This document shows, piece by piece, positions 37,991 through 51,545 of a stretch of DNA of 64,000 nt. Location of the stretch: positions 66,836,001 through 66,900,000 of the forward strand of contig OX597823.1 of the NCBI GenBank assembly GCA_951406725.2, in the 5' to 3' direction. The notes under the pieces are model-generated. The model ran no database searches, had not been told where the DNA came from, and worked only from the letters and a program-made list of their open reading frames with translations. The stretch is from Octopus vulgaris. Lineage: Eukaryota. Each line of letters opens with the position of its first letter. Within the stretch, counting starts at the first letter, position 1. Made by a program: the position numbers and the translations under genes.

Positions 37991-40900
37991 ATGCCAAACT
38001 CACGAATTGAAAAGCAACACGTATGATGTTTGTTAGTCCTCTGGTTCTGATAAATTCTGCCAATTCGTGATGTTAAAATATACAGTGGATTCTCTTGGAT
38101 ATCCAAGAACGGGTGGACCATGCAGTGCTTCGGAGAGGTCTCACACAGTTTCTGTCACTCTAATTTCATTCACATTGTTGGATAGGATCAAACCTATAGT
38201 AAAAAGAGTTCTAAAAATTAAAACGAATCTGTCGAGTTATCGAAAGTAGACTTTAGAGAATGCAAAATGAAAATATTAAGAACATAGCCCCATAGTTTCT
38301 CATATTTCCCAGAACAAAATGCAGGTTGTAAAATTCATAAATACTACCATACTTCTTAATTATATAATGCAATCCGAGAGTATTCGGTAAGTTTTACCTG
38401 TACAGTATCTATTTTCTACACGACCTTATCTCTCATCAAAATCTTAGTTGTGGAAATGAGCTACTAGCCATCAAAGTTTTTGTCTACCATCCTATTGATG
38501 AAGCAGCAATTTTCAAGTCTCTTATCTAACCAATTTTATTTCAGCTAAATAATAATTTTTTATGGCTCATGTTGTAGCTTTAACAATTTATGTTTCTTTC
38601 CCTTTCAATTATTCTGAAAACTCTATAGAACAGACAAAATGTCTAAAATATTAAGGAATACTGAAAGAAAAATATGGAATAGAGTATTCCCTTAAATACA
38701 ATTGGCAAAATATGTTTCATCGATATGCTCACATCAATAAAATATATCGTATAATCATATTTCTCATTCAAATATGGAAATTAATAATATAACCACAGAA
38801 CAACAAAAATGAAAAGAGAAACTTGAAATATATATATATATGTCTGTATGTTTACATGTGTGTGAGTGTATGCCTCTGGGGTCCAGATAAGAAATGAAGA
38901 AACCATACAATTAAGCTGAAACTAAAACAAAAATATATACTAAAGCTGCAGTTGCCAGGAATATGGATAGTTCATTTATGAAGCAAAATATGAAGTTCAA
39001 AGTGATATAAAGAATATTTTATGTAGCCATCTCTTGATACAATATAAGTAGCCATGTAAGGGAGAAAAAAAAATGAAATATAATTCTGAATTACATCCAA
39101 AGAAATGGATGTTAGTAAGTTTTATTACATATATAAAATTCTTATTTTGATAATGGTTGATAGGTTGAAACAGACGTCATGTCTCATTTACCGTTTCTTC
39201 TTTATACTCTCACAAAAGGACGTCTGTTTTAACGTTATGAAGCGTAACTGTTCTGGAACGTGAGTGAAATGCAAATTAAAAATTATTATTTACAGGAATA
39301 TGGTATCTAAGTATTGAAAAACCTAGACTTTGTTAACCTTGCAACAAAAAATAATATTTGGTTATGATAATGGTGTTATGAAGTGTAAGACGAAATGCTG
39401 TTGTTAATGTCATTGATATTGTTGTTGTTCTGCTGCACTGGTAGAAGTGTATATACATGTGTATGTGTGTGTGTGTGTGTTTGTTTCATATACATGGTGG
39501 GTTGAACGATAAGTATTGCTTTCTTCTTCCTTCTTGAATTAGTGCTGATTTATATTTTGGCTTGATTTTTTTATTCTAAAATTATATATTTTATTAGATC
39601 ATTTAAATTTTTAAAAAACGGAAAGAGGGATGAGAAAGGAAAATAAAGAAAAGGATACACAGGTGGGAGTAGAGCAGTGGAAGATGGGGATAGGGGGATG
39701 GGCCACATATCCCAGAACAAACTGAGTGCTCAGCCGCGCCCCGCAATAATGACCACGGTGGCGTTGCCGCAATGTTTGCAGTGGAATTTTTGATTGGCGA
39801 CCTCATGATACTAATATTCTTCCAGCTACACACACACACACATACATATTGGCCCCACATCTTATCGTCATTTGCCAATGACTCCTCTCTCCCACTTTTT
39901 GTATTTCTGTTAGTCGCCTACTTTCTATACCTTTGTTATTTTATCACGTGACTTTCTGTCGCTCAAACTGCTGGTTTCCACTTTCAGCCTCCTTATCTAC
40001 TTTTATGTTACGTACCTCCCCTTTCTTTATCTCTCTCTCTCTCGCCTTTTCTGTCCCTCTACCTCATTCTTTCTCTCTCTTTCCTACTCTCTCTTTCACT
40101 TCTCTTGCTAATTCCCAATGATCAAGTTGTTTGGTGATATTGAGCTACAGAACACAGTTGTGGAAATGTTTCACTTTATGTAATATAAAATTCTTATTGA
40201 TATCCGAAAGATATCCCCCTGAAATTTACTAGTCGGTCACAGACGTTCTGCTTTAGGTCTGTAAAAGTTCTACTCTATATAGAAATAATATGTAATTTCC
40301 TATCGAAATTCCGTAAATTAAAGACAATCTTCAGAAACATAATTACAGTACAAAACCCCCGGTACACCTCCTAACGAACTTTCCGACACTGGTGTGTAGA
40401 ATAAAATATGCCACAGTTAAGCTATTTCTGAAAGTACTAATATTTCAAATGATATTACCATAGACGCCAACATTTACTTGACGTTCTATTTGATAAATTC
40501 ACTAAATTTAAATAAGAAATAACAGTCTTATATATCAAGTGGTTTCAGCTATTATCATTTGACATTCTCTCAACACGTGTATTTAAAAGCGAAATCACTT
40601 CGCAGAGTAAAATTCTGTTCTACAATTCAATGAAAAGAGCTTTATAAAGCAGTTTTGTATGAATGGCGTGAAACGCAACGGTACTTGCTAAATGTGCAGT
40701 GGTATATAGATTTCTACATTCAAGTTCAAGTTGCATTGAATCTGTTGGTAAAATAATTAGAAATGAAGAATTCATATATAATAAACACCCACAATTTATC
40801 AATCAATTTCCATTTGTGTGGAGATTATTTGATTTTATAAGTTAATATAAAACAGAATGAAAGATTTAATAATTTTACTTCTATGATCGGAATGGTGAAA

Positions 40901-43084
40901 ATAATATGACAATTATAGGAATAGAATGAACGTTACAAAAACACTTTTTAGAAACTAAGTGCAATAAAGTGTTTTCTTAAATACTCAAAAGAATGAAAAA
41001 ATGTGTGTAAGTAAAAACGATACGCAGTTAACTGAATATATTCACAGTATCAAAATATTTTGCTATAATATATATAAAAAAAAAGCATTACGCCATCGAT
41101 AAAATTAAATTTAGTTGATACATGAAAGAAACCCATCAATTTTAACATGTATGCAATAATAAGGTTTTCAAAGACTGCTTCATTATAAAGGTAGATATGA
41201 TAGGATCTGTAGACTAACAAAAGTTGCTTTAAATTGAAAAGAAACTTAGAAATATATTGAAGGTCTACTGAATTCTTCAGATTTTAGAATAACTACACGA
41301 ATACTAAATATGTAAACGTTGTCGGTTTATAAGTTTATTTTGACTTATATGTCGTTATAAAAAGGATTGTTGCACGCTGGAAAAAATATCAGGCTCGATT
41401 ATTGTATAGCACACACACACACATACATACTCACTCCTACACAGCTATACTCACGCACCCCGTATATGTATGTAAGTATATATGACTATATGTGTGTGAG
41501 TGTGTGCGTATGTATATATGTATGTATGTGTATATATGTGTGTATGTGTGTGTGTGCATACAGAAAGAAAGAGATAGAGAGACAGATAGATATATACATA
41601 CATAGATCATGAAAATTAATGTGTTTGCATGCATAAATTGTAAATAAATTTACACGATTATTTTTAATTAAAAATACATTTATTCTCGCTATTCTCCTTG
41701 TATTACGACCCAGAATACAACTTATTGCGTTGACGGCAATAGCCTGTGTGTAGATAAATACTAGATAAGGTTATTTGTTTCATATACTGTCTAAAAGTGC
41801 CTTATGACCGCATGATGAGAAGATCCTTGTTAGTATTGATCCTACTGCACGGCACCGTAGCCAAGTCTCATTTCTACTAGTCCTTGTTCAATGTATACAT
41901 TTTAAGAGAAACTGTGAAGACTGGAATTCTATACATGTCGATTGCACCTATTATTCCTAAGGTACAAACTTGTAACACTATTTCACTGATTGCGCTTAAG
42001 GAAAAGGCGTACCGGCCAATCGAATCCTCAGCTACTTACATGTTAAATCGAATCAGCGATAAATTACTTTAATAGAGTAACAGAATCCTCATAATCCAGC
42101 GACGGAGATCCCATATCACAAGACTATGAAGTTAAGCTATATGACTTTCGCGGCAAAAGAAACAAATATGGCAGTTAAGATGAACCAGAATAACGAAGCG
42201 AACATTTTTAAGATGTTTAACGTGTCTTTCTTCAGAGGTGTTCCTGTAGTTAATTCACTAGTAAGTAGACATAATTTGGGATAATTATTTATTTAGCGCT
42301 TTCATCTCATTCCAGAGATTTATCGTGAATGATTTCATGACAGAAAAATTTATGCTTTTTTTATAGATATGAGAGCTAGTTGAAAAAAATCTGCAGATGA
42401 CTTGGGGAGAGAATGTTCTTTGTTAATTTGAATCTATATGTGTGTGTGTGTATGTATGTGCATGTATGTGTGTGTATGCATGTGTGTGATGAATTTTCGA
42501 AGGCTTTATTAGAGGGAGAAAAAGGAAAACGAAAGTAAGAGTGAGTGAAAGGATGAAATATATATATGTACGTGTGCGTGAGTGCCTACATCTGAAGAAA
42601 ACATCATGCAACACGTTCCTTGTCTTCCAAGTACGCCGAGATATAGTTTTCCAAGTACGCCGAAATATGTGACACATAATATTATTTTTCACTTTGTGAA
42701 AGTCCTTCACATTCGAATGGTTGAACAATTGTTTTAATATTCAATCTCAAAGTAGCTTCTATCCAGAGGAAAATTAGCTTAGTATCAGCTGGTGAGATAT
42801 TTTCTCTAAGATGGTCAGTTTCCTTCCGTAATTCGTCCCACAACTTTACTGAGATGAGAATTCAGATAAATCTGCCTGTTATTGTTAGTCTCTATCCTAC
42901 TTTCTCATTTGACGTAATATGCCTTATTCTAACTTTTGGCGGAGACTATGAAAACTTACTTTCACAGACCTTACGGTAAAATAAGCATTAAGTTTTAGAT
43001 GTTTATGTCTGCTTCTTTCTTTCCAGATTACTTTATTACATAATGATTAAATTTGTATCACTTTTTACCCTCTTACACTGAGTT

Positions 43085-44120
43085 TAGATCAGACCTATAT
43101 CAGACATTACAAGTTTTGTAAATTTAAAAGCAGAACTTCAAGAAAGGAAGTAGAAGAAAATATTCATTCTGTCTATGGATAATATGCTACAAGTAAATCG
43201 GCATATCAAGGATGATCTGGCTAGTTTCGCTCTGGAAATTTCGCTCTCGCAAATTCCCTTAATCTGTCAATATTTGGACAAGCAACGTCTATCAACATTG
43301 TGCTTCTGAAAACTGTATTTTTAGAAAAAATCAAAAACCACGCGAGAAACAGCTAAGCATTTCAAGCGGCACATCCATCATAAAATGCTTCGTGAACTAG
43401 AAGTGTCCAATCTTGGCCATGTGTTCCTTACTATTTGACTGCTTCTCATCTTAATGAAAGACTTGCATTTTGCTCGTCAATGAAGAGTAGACATGTCATC
43501 GAGCTTCTCCAGGGAGCATTCATCACAAGTGGTGAAAAGTGGGTTTTCTAACATTATATCCAATGAAATGTTAATGCTTCGCACCTATTCCCATATCAGA
43601 AGTACACCTCTAAAAGGTGATGACTTGTATTTGGTAGATATGAAGCATGTCGTCTATCGTGAGATGTTAAAGCAAAATGGAACAGTTAATGTGAATTGGA
43701 AACGCTATACAAAAGTTCTTGGAAAATCACCCGTCATAAGTCAAACGTAGAATGATGTTGCTTTTACGCGATAAAGCAAGATAAAATATTGCCCATTTCG
43801 CTAGGAAAAGGTTATGACACTAACTATGAAAGTTTTGTTTCATCCTTACTCTTATAACTCTGCACCATATCATTATCATCTTTTCAGACCATTGTACCAT
43901 TATTATGAAAGAAAACAGTGTATTAATTGTAAAGGTGAGGAAAATGGCATCGTATTCTTATTTGCTTCGAAACCTGAAGAATATTATACCAGAGAGATCG
44001 ACAATTTAGCAGATAGATTTATGCTATCATTAATGAGAAGAATATTACTTTGATTAAATACATTGAGAACAAAGAAGCATGTGTTTCTTTCCTGTTCCCA
44101 AATGCGACAGAAATTTCCAA
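43085..44120 (+). mobile_element. Heavily decayed near-full-length mariner
   Basis: Remnants FRSGNF, V.Y.EMLKQNGTVN, HPYSYNSAPYHYHLFRPL, FASKPEEYY..EIDNLADR in transposase order. Confidence 0.75.
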
Positions 44121-47100
44121 CGTAATACGTTTCCTAACTTTGCTAGAGCTTTTTAACTTACTCTCACGGGGAACCCATTATGATCGTGATCTAAGTTCTG
44201 GTTCATTTTATATATAAATGTTATTACATTTGCTTCATCCTTATTAAGGCTTAAACGATTGCTATCCCTATTCCGTATAAATTTATAGCATTGAAGAACT
44301 GAAATATTATATTTCATGCGTTCCCAATGGAGTTATGAAAAACCTTTCGATTGTACATTTAGTATTTCACTTATTCTTTTATGGCATGCAGTCAGTGAAC
44401 TATTTCCATAGAACCATTGTTATAGTTTGTAATTTACCAAAGCTGGTATTTTAGCAAATTTTTTGGAAGCTTTTGAGTTTTTTTACAGCTCTAGTTTTCC
44501 CTTGTGCTTCAATCCTATTCAAGAAAATTTAATATATTACTTCCGATTTCTATGAACATTCTTTTATGTGGAATTTTTTTTACTTTCCATGATTTTTAAC
44601 AGTTTAAGATCTTTGATCTTTTTATCACAAGAATTTCCTGTCTCTCTGCTTGGGAATAATAATTTTTATGAAAGTTGGACTTCTCATTCCGGGACAAATT
44701 TTATGCATATGACTTGCATTATTATCATAAATTGTTTTAGTTTCATATCCTTATCTTGCATAAAGATACTTTTGAGTCAGATCAGTTTTAAGATCTCTTT
44801 TATAATGAATTTTCTGTGAGCTTTGTGTAAATTTCATACTTAATAGTGACCCAGTGCTCATAATAAAGTGTATGTCCATAGCTTCCATTGAATATTGTGT
44901 TTTGTTATGGGCTGAGACAATTAGTTCTGTGTTTATTGTGTGGAAGAGATCTAAGCTGTTGTTGACTCTAACCGGTTAAAATATTACTTCCTGTATGAAT
45001 ATGGGAAATTTTGCCTGTTTTATTTAATGATATTAAAATTAGTTTGTCGTTTGAGTTAAAGAGACTGGAGTCACTCGAATAAAATAGAATGTGAATCAAC
45101 AGTCTTCTATTTCTGAGGACTTCTGAAGTTTTCTATTGTGATTTGAGATATTGGTCGGATATGTTTGATGCAAATGTAATAAATCGAGTTACTCTATATT
45201 ATATTAGAGTCTTATAAATCAAGTTTAAGATACTTCACACATCTACATGACACTTCTTCTATACCTTCGTTCTGTTCTGTCAGTTGAAGGATGACATACT
45301 TTGGTATTACACATTTCTGGATACCTTGTAGTTGTTGTTATATGCATTTCAGTATGTGTCATGCATATTGTATTTTGATAGTGTATAGCAAATCTCTCTC
45401 TGATGAAAAATTTATTTCCGTTACTATAGTATAAGGGAGTTCTGATATTCAGCAGACTGAACGATGTTGTATGAGGGTTGGTGCCTTTCGTAATCATCTC
45501 TGGCTTATTGCGATGGCCTTATACGCTTTCAGTTTGCTGCAGCCATGTCGACTACTGCAATATTTTCTACGTCACGTATCGAAAAGATTGATGTAACATG
45601 TAATTCTTCTGCATATTATCTCATAATGGAAATGAGGGATGTATGCTATGTCTCATTCAGATCAAAATACGTCCAACTACCATTAAGGTCGTTCGCTCTT
45701 TACTTAAAAACACTGTAGAGTGTGGCGTTTGGTTTCGCATACATACTTTTCTGCAGCTTGACCATTTCCTGTATCCTAATTTAATTTGTGACGTATGTCT
45801 ACCGCCATACAATGTTACCGTTATATGGTTTGTCATGACCGAAGTGACAGCTTCGTTGGTGCGTTTATGTATGCTTAAATTTGTAAATATGTAGTACATT
45901 TATGTGACAGTGGGAAAATCGTGTTGTATTCTTACAAAGATTACAACTGAATCAATAGTTAACTGTAGATAATTTCTTCACACTACAAAGCTGGTGCGCG
46001 CTTCAATAGTATCAAATAGTGCAAAATTTACTATTTCAGGAAAATGTTGGAGATACAACCCTAAACTCTCTGTAAAGCATTAGATTATTATACGTTACGT
46101 CTATCCATAAAATTTCCTTTGCTCTAATATAACAGAAACTGAATATATACACAAACCACTTGGGAGATATATTAATTTTGAAGTCTCTGTTTTGAACTAC
46201 CGCCTGTATTGGATTTATCAACTGTCAAAATTAAGCCTGATTTATCAAGGTGTCAGAACTTACATAGATATTTTCTAGCGTATGTAGTTGCAGCAATCAT
46301 TTCAATATTATTTTGCCCTGAAGGAACGTTTTTGAATCATAATCTAGATACTACATGACGTTATCCTTAAGAAAATTTTGTGAATCGAGAATGAAATAGA
46401 ATGTAATGTAGTAGCAACTGGCTTTTAACATTGTGCCTTCAACTGTCACTTAAAAGAAAATATTTCTCTTGAATAAATGCACTTCATGTTAGAGTAGAGT
46501 GTTTAAATAACTTCCATTGACGCGGGTTTAATGCAATTAGAAATGAATTTAATCAATATTGATTTTTACCACTCCCTCTTCTAACGTTAGCAGGTTGTTT
46601 TTGTTTTTTTGTTTTTTCATACTTGCGTTAATTCATCATCGATTTCATATTTTGAAAATCATCATAACAAAACTACATGGTGTCTTAACTTTAGCTGATA
46701 TTTTACAATGATATAACGAATACACTATTTATTCGAAAATATATTTAGTCATTTTATTGCGAAAATTTGATACATCCACTCAAAGTTCCATTACCCTTAT
46801 TGTGGAAGGAAGTTTTATATACTAATATCATTTTTGTTGAGGAATGTCACGTTCGAACATATTTTTTGATCGATGTATGTCAAGTTTATTGAAAACAACG
46901 TGACTTGCAGAAAATACCACTTCTGGTTTTCATAGATGTATAATATGATTATTAGAATAAACATGCAATTTAATTTCGCAGTGAAATGGATACACTTATT
47001 ATTCAAAGTTTCTGGTAAGAGTTTAAAATGAACGCAGATAAAAAAGCTACAGAAAAACATGTTTCGATTTTTATATTACATGATGATATTCATTCAGTTA

Positions 47101-47787
47101 TCCATTCATTTCTTATGTCATAACTACTCGAATACTTAACCCCAATCTTCTCTAAGCATCATGGTCTTCGGTTTATCTTCGTGTAAGTGATTGGGTAGCA
47201 TAAAGACTTTTAAATTGGTGTCGTTTCAATTCAAGTATTACTATAGATGGGGTAAACTCGAGTGCTGCCTTTATTTCTCTACGATATAGAGACCGCTGCT
47301 GATCTTCAGATTAATATCTTTCTAGAAAATACAAAAGCATCCATGTGTGTGTGAGTGTGTATGTTTGTGTTTCTGTATGTGTGAGCTAGTGTGTTTGTGT
47401 GCATTCTTTTGTGCGTGTATGTATGCATTATGTATGTATGTATGCATGTGTGTGGATGTATGTGGTTTTCAAACACGTATAGCAAGAACCCACCGAACAT
47501 CAAAGACATCGAAAGATTTGAAGAGGGTCTAAAATCGAATCAAGTTCTTTAAAGGGCAAAACAGAATAGTTAGATTGCGTAATACTGCTAACTGCTTCAC
47601 ATAACTCGATTTACTGAAGCACAAGTACATTTTCAAATGCATAAAAGTTAGGTTTTATGTTTTCGTATCTGTTTTCATGTTTTTCTATATGAGTATATAT
47701 ACTTGTGTGTATATGTGAGAGTGTGTTGTATATATATATATATATATATACCTGTGTATATAATACCTGTACATCATCTCCAAACCT

Positions 47788-47828
<41 letters not shown>

Positions 47829-48183
47829 TGAGGGAGACAGAGGAGTGAACGATTGAAAAAAACAACAACTTATGTTATCATTTATCACTGATTTACGTTA
47901 CGTACAGACTTCCTTGTAAGAAAACTGATGATAAATTAGAAACTTAACACTAAGCAGATGTTTTTAAACAGAATAAGCTATGAAAAATTAATGGCAATAT
48001 CCTCCAGTAGTTTTGTTCGTGCATATATGTGTGTGTGTGTGTACACTTATGTTTGTGTTTGTGTATATACACACACACACAAATATATATACATATATAT
48101 ATATGTAAGTATGTATGCATATATATATGCATATATATGTGTGTATGTATATACATACATATATATGTATATATATATATATA

Positions 48184-48367
48184 TATATTATATTAAATTA
48201 GAGACAAAACCACTATTATGCAAATCAAACAAAGAAAGACTTAAGCCAATACATAAAATAATTTATATAATTAAATTTAATTATATAAATTATTTTATGT
48301 ATTGGCTTAAGTCTTTCTTTGTTTGATTTGCATAATAGTGGTTTTGTCTCTAATTTAATATAATATA
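48184..48367. repeat. Perfect 184-bp spacerless palindrome between (TA)n tracts
   Basis: 48184-48275 is the exact reverse complement of 48276-48367. The arm is similar to 3841-3915. Confidence 0.97.
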
Positions 48368-48446
48368 ATATTTTACAATAAAATTGGATTCAATCCTAAA
48401 TCTGATTTTCCCTGTAAATTTGGATTTATTCCCTAATATTTATTAT

Positions 48447-48485
<39 letters not shown>

Positions 48486-48689
48486 CACTGACATTACGTT
48501 GAAAGACGTTAGATCAGTTATACAATCTACAGTAGTAGCCAAGGGTAAAGAACGAAAATAAAAATAAAGATATTTATACTTCTACTCCACTTTTTCCGAA
48601 TGGGATTTTTACTGTATATTCTTTAAAGTATGTTCAATGCTTGCAATAAATTTTGCCAGAAAGTTTTAGAATCAGCAGCAGTATATTAA

Positions 48690-48975
48690 CAAGATGTGCA
48701 GATTCCTGTATTTTTAATGACTTTAGCACATTTCCATCCCCAGGATTTGACCAATTTCTCAAATTGTTCTGGGGTAATTTTATTACATTCTACCTGAGGT
48801 TCTTCCATAATATTCGTAAAATTTTCAGGCTAGTGCTCTCTGATGTTATAACCAAGTATCTTCCATAAGTTTTCAATGGGATTAAGGTCAATGGGAGTTT
48901 ATCACAGTGATGTTTCCAATTTCAAACACCGCCTTAACTATTTTAGCACTGTGACATGGTGCATTATCCTGCATA
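48690..48975 (-). mobile_element. Tc1-like transposase remnant
   Basis: Minus strand MQDNAPCHSAKIVK ... DLNPIENLWKILG. Confidence 0.85.
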
Positions 48976-50261
48976 ACTCTTAGCTGACGAGTTGGAGAGG
49001 ATCTCATAGCTGGCACAACAGGCAGCAGTGAAGCCGCCTCGGTCTATAGGCACTATCCTATTCTAGCGATTCTTCTACAATCCTTAAGGTGCCGGAGATA
49101 GAATCCAACTGTTTTACCGATAAGGATGCGTTCGTGACCGTAGTGCCACACTTACAAATGGTTTTTTCACGAGAGGTATCAATGACATTTTAGAACACTG
49201 TTTGAATCAAAATGTAATAACGTAGTAATATTTTCATGGATCATAAACAAAAAGACACTCTGGTGAAATACAATTAATCCATTCGTGAATATGCACATTT
49301 TACCCTGTCGACAGCATGGGAGACTAGCGTGAAATCAGAGAAATTCCAAGAAGCTCAGACCACATAGACTTTAAATAGAGAAACTCCGTAGGAACAACCT
49401 GCCTCTCTTTCGAAGTCGAATTAATTGTGTTTCTTTTAGCCTCCAGTGCTGAGTCCTAAATCTTTCAAAATGTGAGACCAAAGTGCATTTAAATACAGTT
49501 GTTACGGGTTAGAAACAATTGTACGTGCTTTTCTGTTTAGATGTATTCTTTTGCACAAATACCAAATACTTCATTTAATCGTTTGTTCAATGGATTTAAA
49601 GAATAACTAGGGCTACGTGTTTGTACTGAGAGTGTATTATATAATGTTTGCGATAACTACTAAAAAAATAATGTATTTTGAAGTTTCCACTTATAATCGA
49701 CGTTTTGCTGCGAAGCCGAGAAACAAAACAAAATAGATCAAACGCGTAGATAATTGTGCAAATAGAAAAAAAATCTATTACATATATGTGTGTGTGTGTG
49801 TGTATTTGTATATATGTATACATACACACGCACGTACACACACGCACACCACACACACGGACATACACACACACATATATATATATATACATGTAATGAA
49901 AGCATAACAATACACTCTGAAGCAGCTATTATTTTTTACGGCATAGGTACTCCGGTGTTATAGTGTTAGACAAATAATTCAGATGTAAAAGCTATTTTCT
50001 AAACCAAAGCCAATTGTCGCCGCGATAGGCGAATTAGAAAGCAGCGATATGGAAGTTAGTAAAATATTATACTATTAAACTGCCTGTAATGCGTCCTGAT
50101 AAGCTTTTTTTTGATGTTGATCGAAAGAAATTCAATATTGAAGATATGCAGCTTTTAGTGCTTCACTAACCGTATGAGACATACGCACACATACATATAA
50201 ACACACAGGCATAGGCAAACACACACGCTTATATAATTATACACACACACACACACAAACA

Positions 50262-50349
50262 TATACATATATATATGTATGTGTATATATATATATATGT
50301 ATGTATATATATATATATATGTATGTATGTATATGTATGTATGTATATA

Positions 50350-50388
<39 letters not shown>

Positions 50389-50455
50389 GTATGTATATAT
50401 ATATATATATATAATTATGTATATGTATATATATATATATATTTATGTATGTGTG

Positions 50456-50541
<86 letters not shown>
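50262..50541. repeat. (TA)n/(TATG)n microsatellite
   Basis: Direct reading. Confidence 0.95.
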
Positions 50542-50543
<2 letters not shown>

Positions 50544-50599
50544 AGCATATGTGCGTGTACCCCTGCATATGTATGTTTAACGATAAATTCGTTTCTTTT

Positions 50600-51545
50600 C
50601 TACTTTGCAGAATTATTAGACCTTTGCCAAATTATCTTGAGTTATTACTTTCGGCTCTTCACTTTCTGAATTCAAATTTCACCCAAGCTTGAATTAACTA
50701 TTCACCTTTCGATATCAAGAAACCTAAGCACATGGGTAGATATTTTCGACTAAACTTTTCAGCTCAAAATTGTATACTTGCGCCTATATCAAAGAGCGCT
50801 ATCAAGGCAACAACCTAGCAGAGTTGTTTAGGCAACAGAAAAAATATGCTTTGCAATACGTTCCTTAAACATTGCTGGTCATATACCTAAAGGAGATTTC
50901 ATAATTATTATTTGAGGCAATGTGGCCACCTGGCAGAATCGTTAGCACGCAGGGCAAAATGCTTAACGGTATTCCCCCGTCTTTATGTTCTGAGTTCAAA
51001 TTCCGCCGAAGTCGAGTTTGCCTTGCATCTTTTCGTGGTTGATAAATTAAGTACCAGATGAGTACTGGGGTCGATGTTATGGACTTGACCCTCCCCATAA
51101 AGTTCAGGACTTGTGCCTATATTAGAAAGGATTATTGGTGTTAGGGTCAAGGCGGCGGGCTGGCAGAATCCATAGCACGCTGGACGGAATGCTTAACGGT
51201 ATTTCGCCTGCCGCTACGTTCTGAGTTCAAATTCCACTGAGGTCGACTTTGCCCTTCATCCTTGATGGAGTTGATAAAATAAGTACCAGTGGAATACTGG
51301 ATTCTATGTAACCGACTCATCCCCTCCCCAAAATTCCTCCCTTCGTCGCAAAATTTGAAACCATTATTATTGTAAGGGGCGTTGAACTGGCAGAACTATT
51401 TCAGCGTTGGAAAATGTATCTTGTGGCATTTGTGCGACTCATCCACTCTGTGTTCAAATCTCATCGAGGACAACATTGCCTTACATATAACCTGGGTCGA
51501 TAAAGTACAGCCGCTAAAAATTACTGGCTTTGTTCCTGATTCAGA
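50600..51545 (+). mobile_element. Head-to-tail cluster of SINE family B (~50600-50790, 50915-51130, 51148-51365, 51373-51545)
   Basis: Same head and body motifs as 24448 and 25073. Confidence 0.88.

Noticed and set aside
42625-42668. 24-bp direct duplication ttccaagtacgccga
   Set aside because: Simple local slippage duplication with two copies only.
47918-47965. CTGATGA-taaatta-GAAA hammerhead-like match
   Set aside because: No U at position 16.1 and no credible stem I; probably chance in AT-rich DNA.
50090-50150. CTGATAA...GAAA motif
   Set aside because: No stems II or III and no NUH in register.
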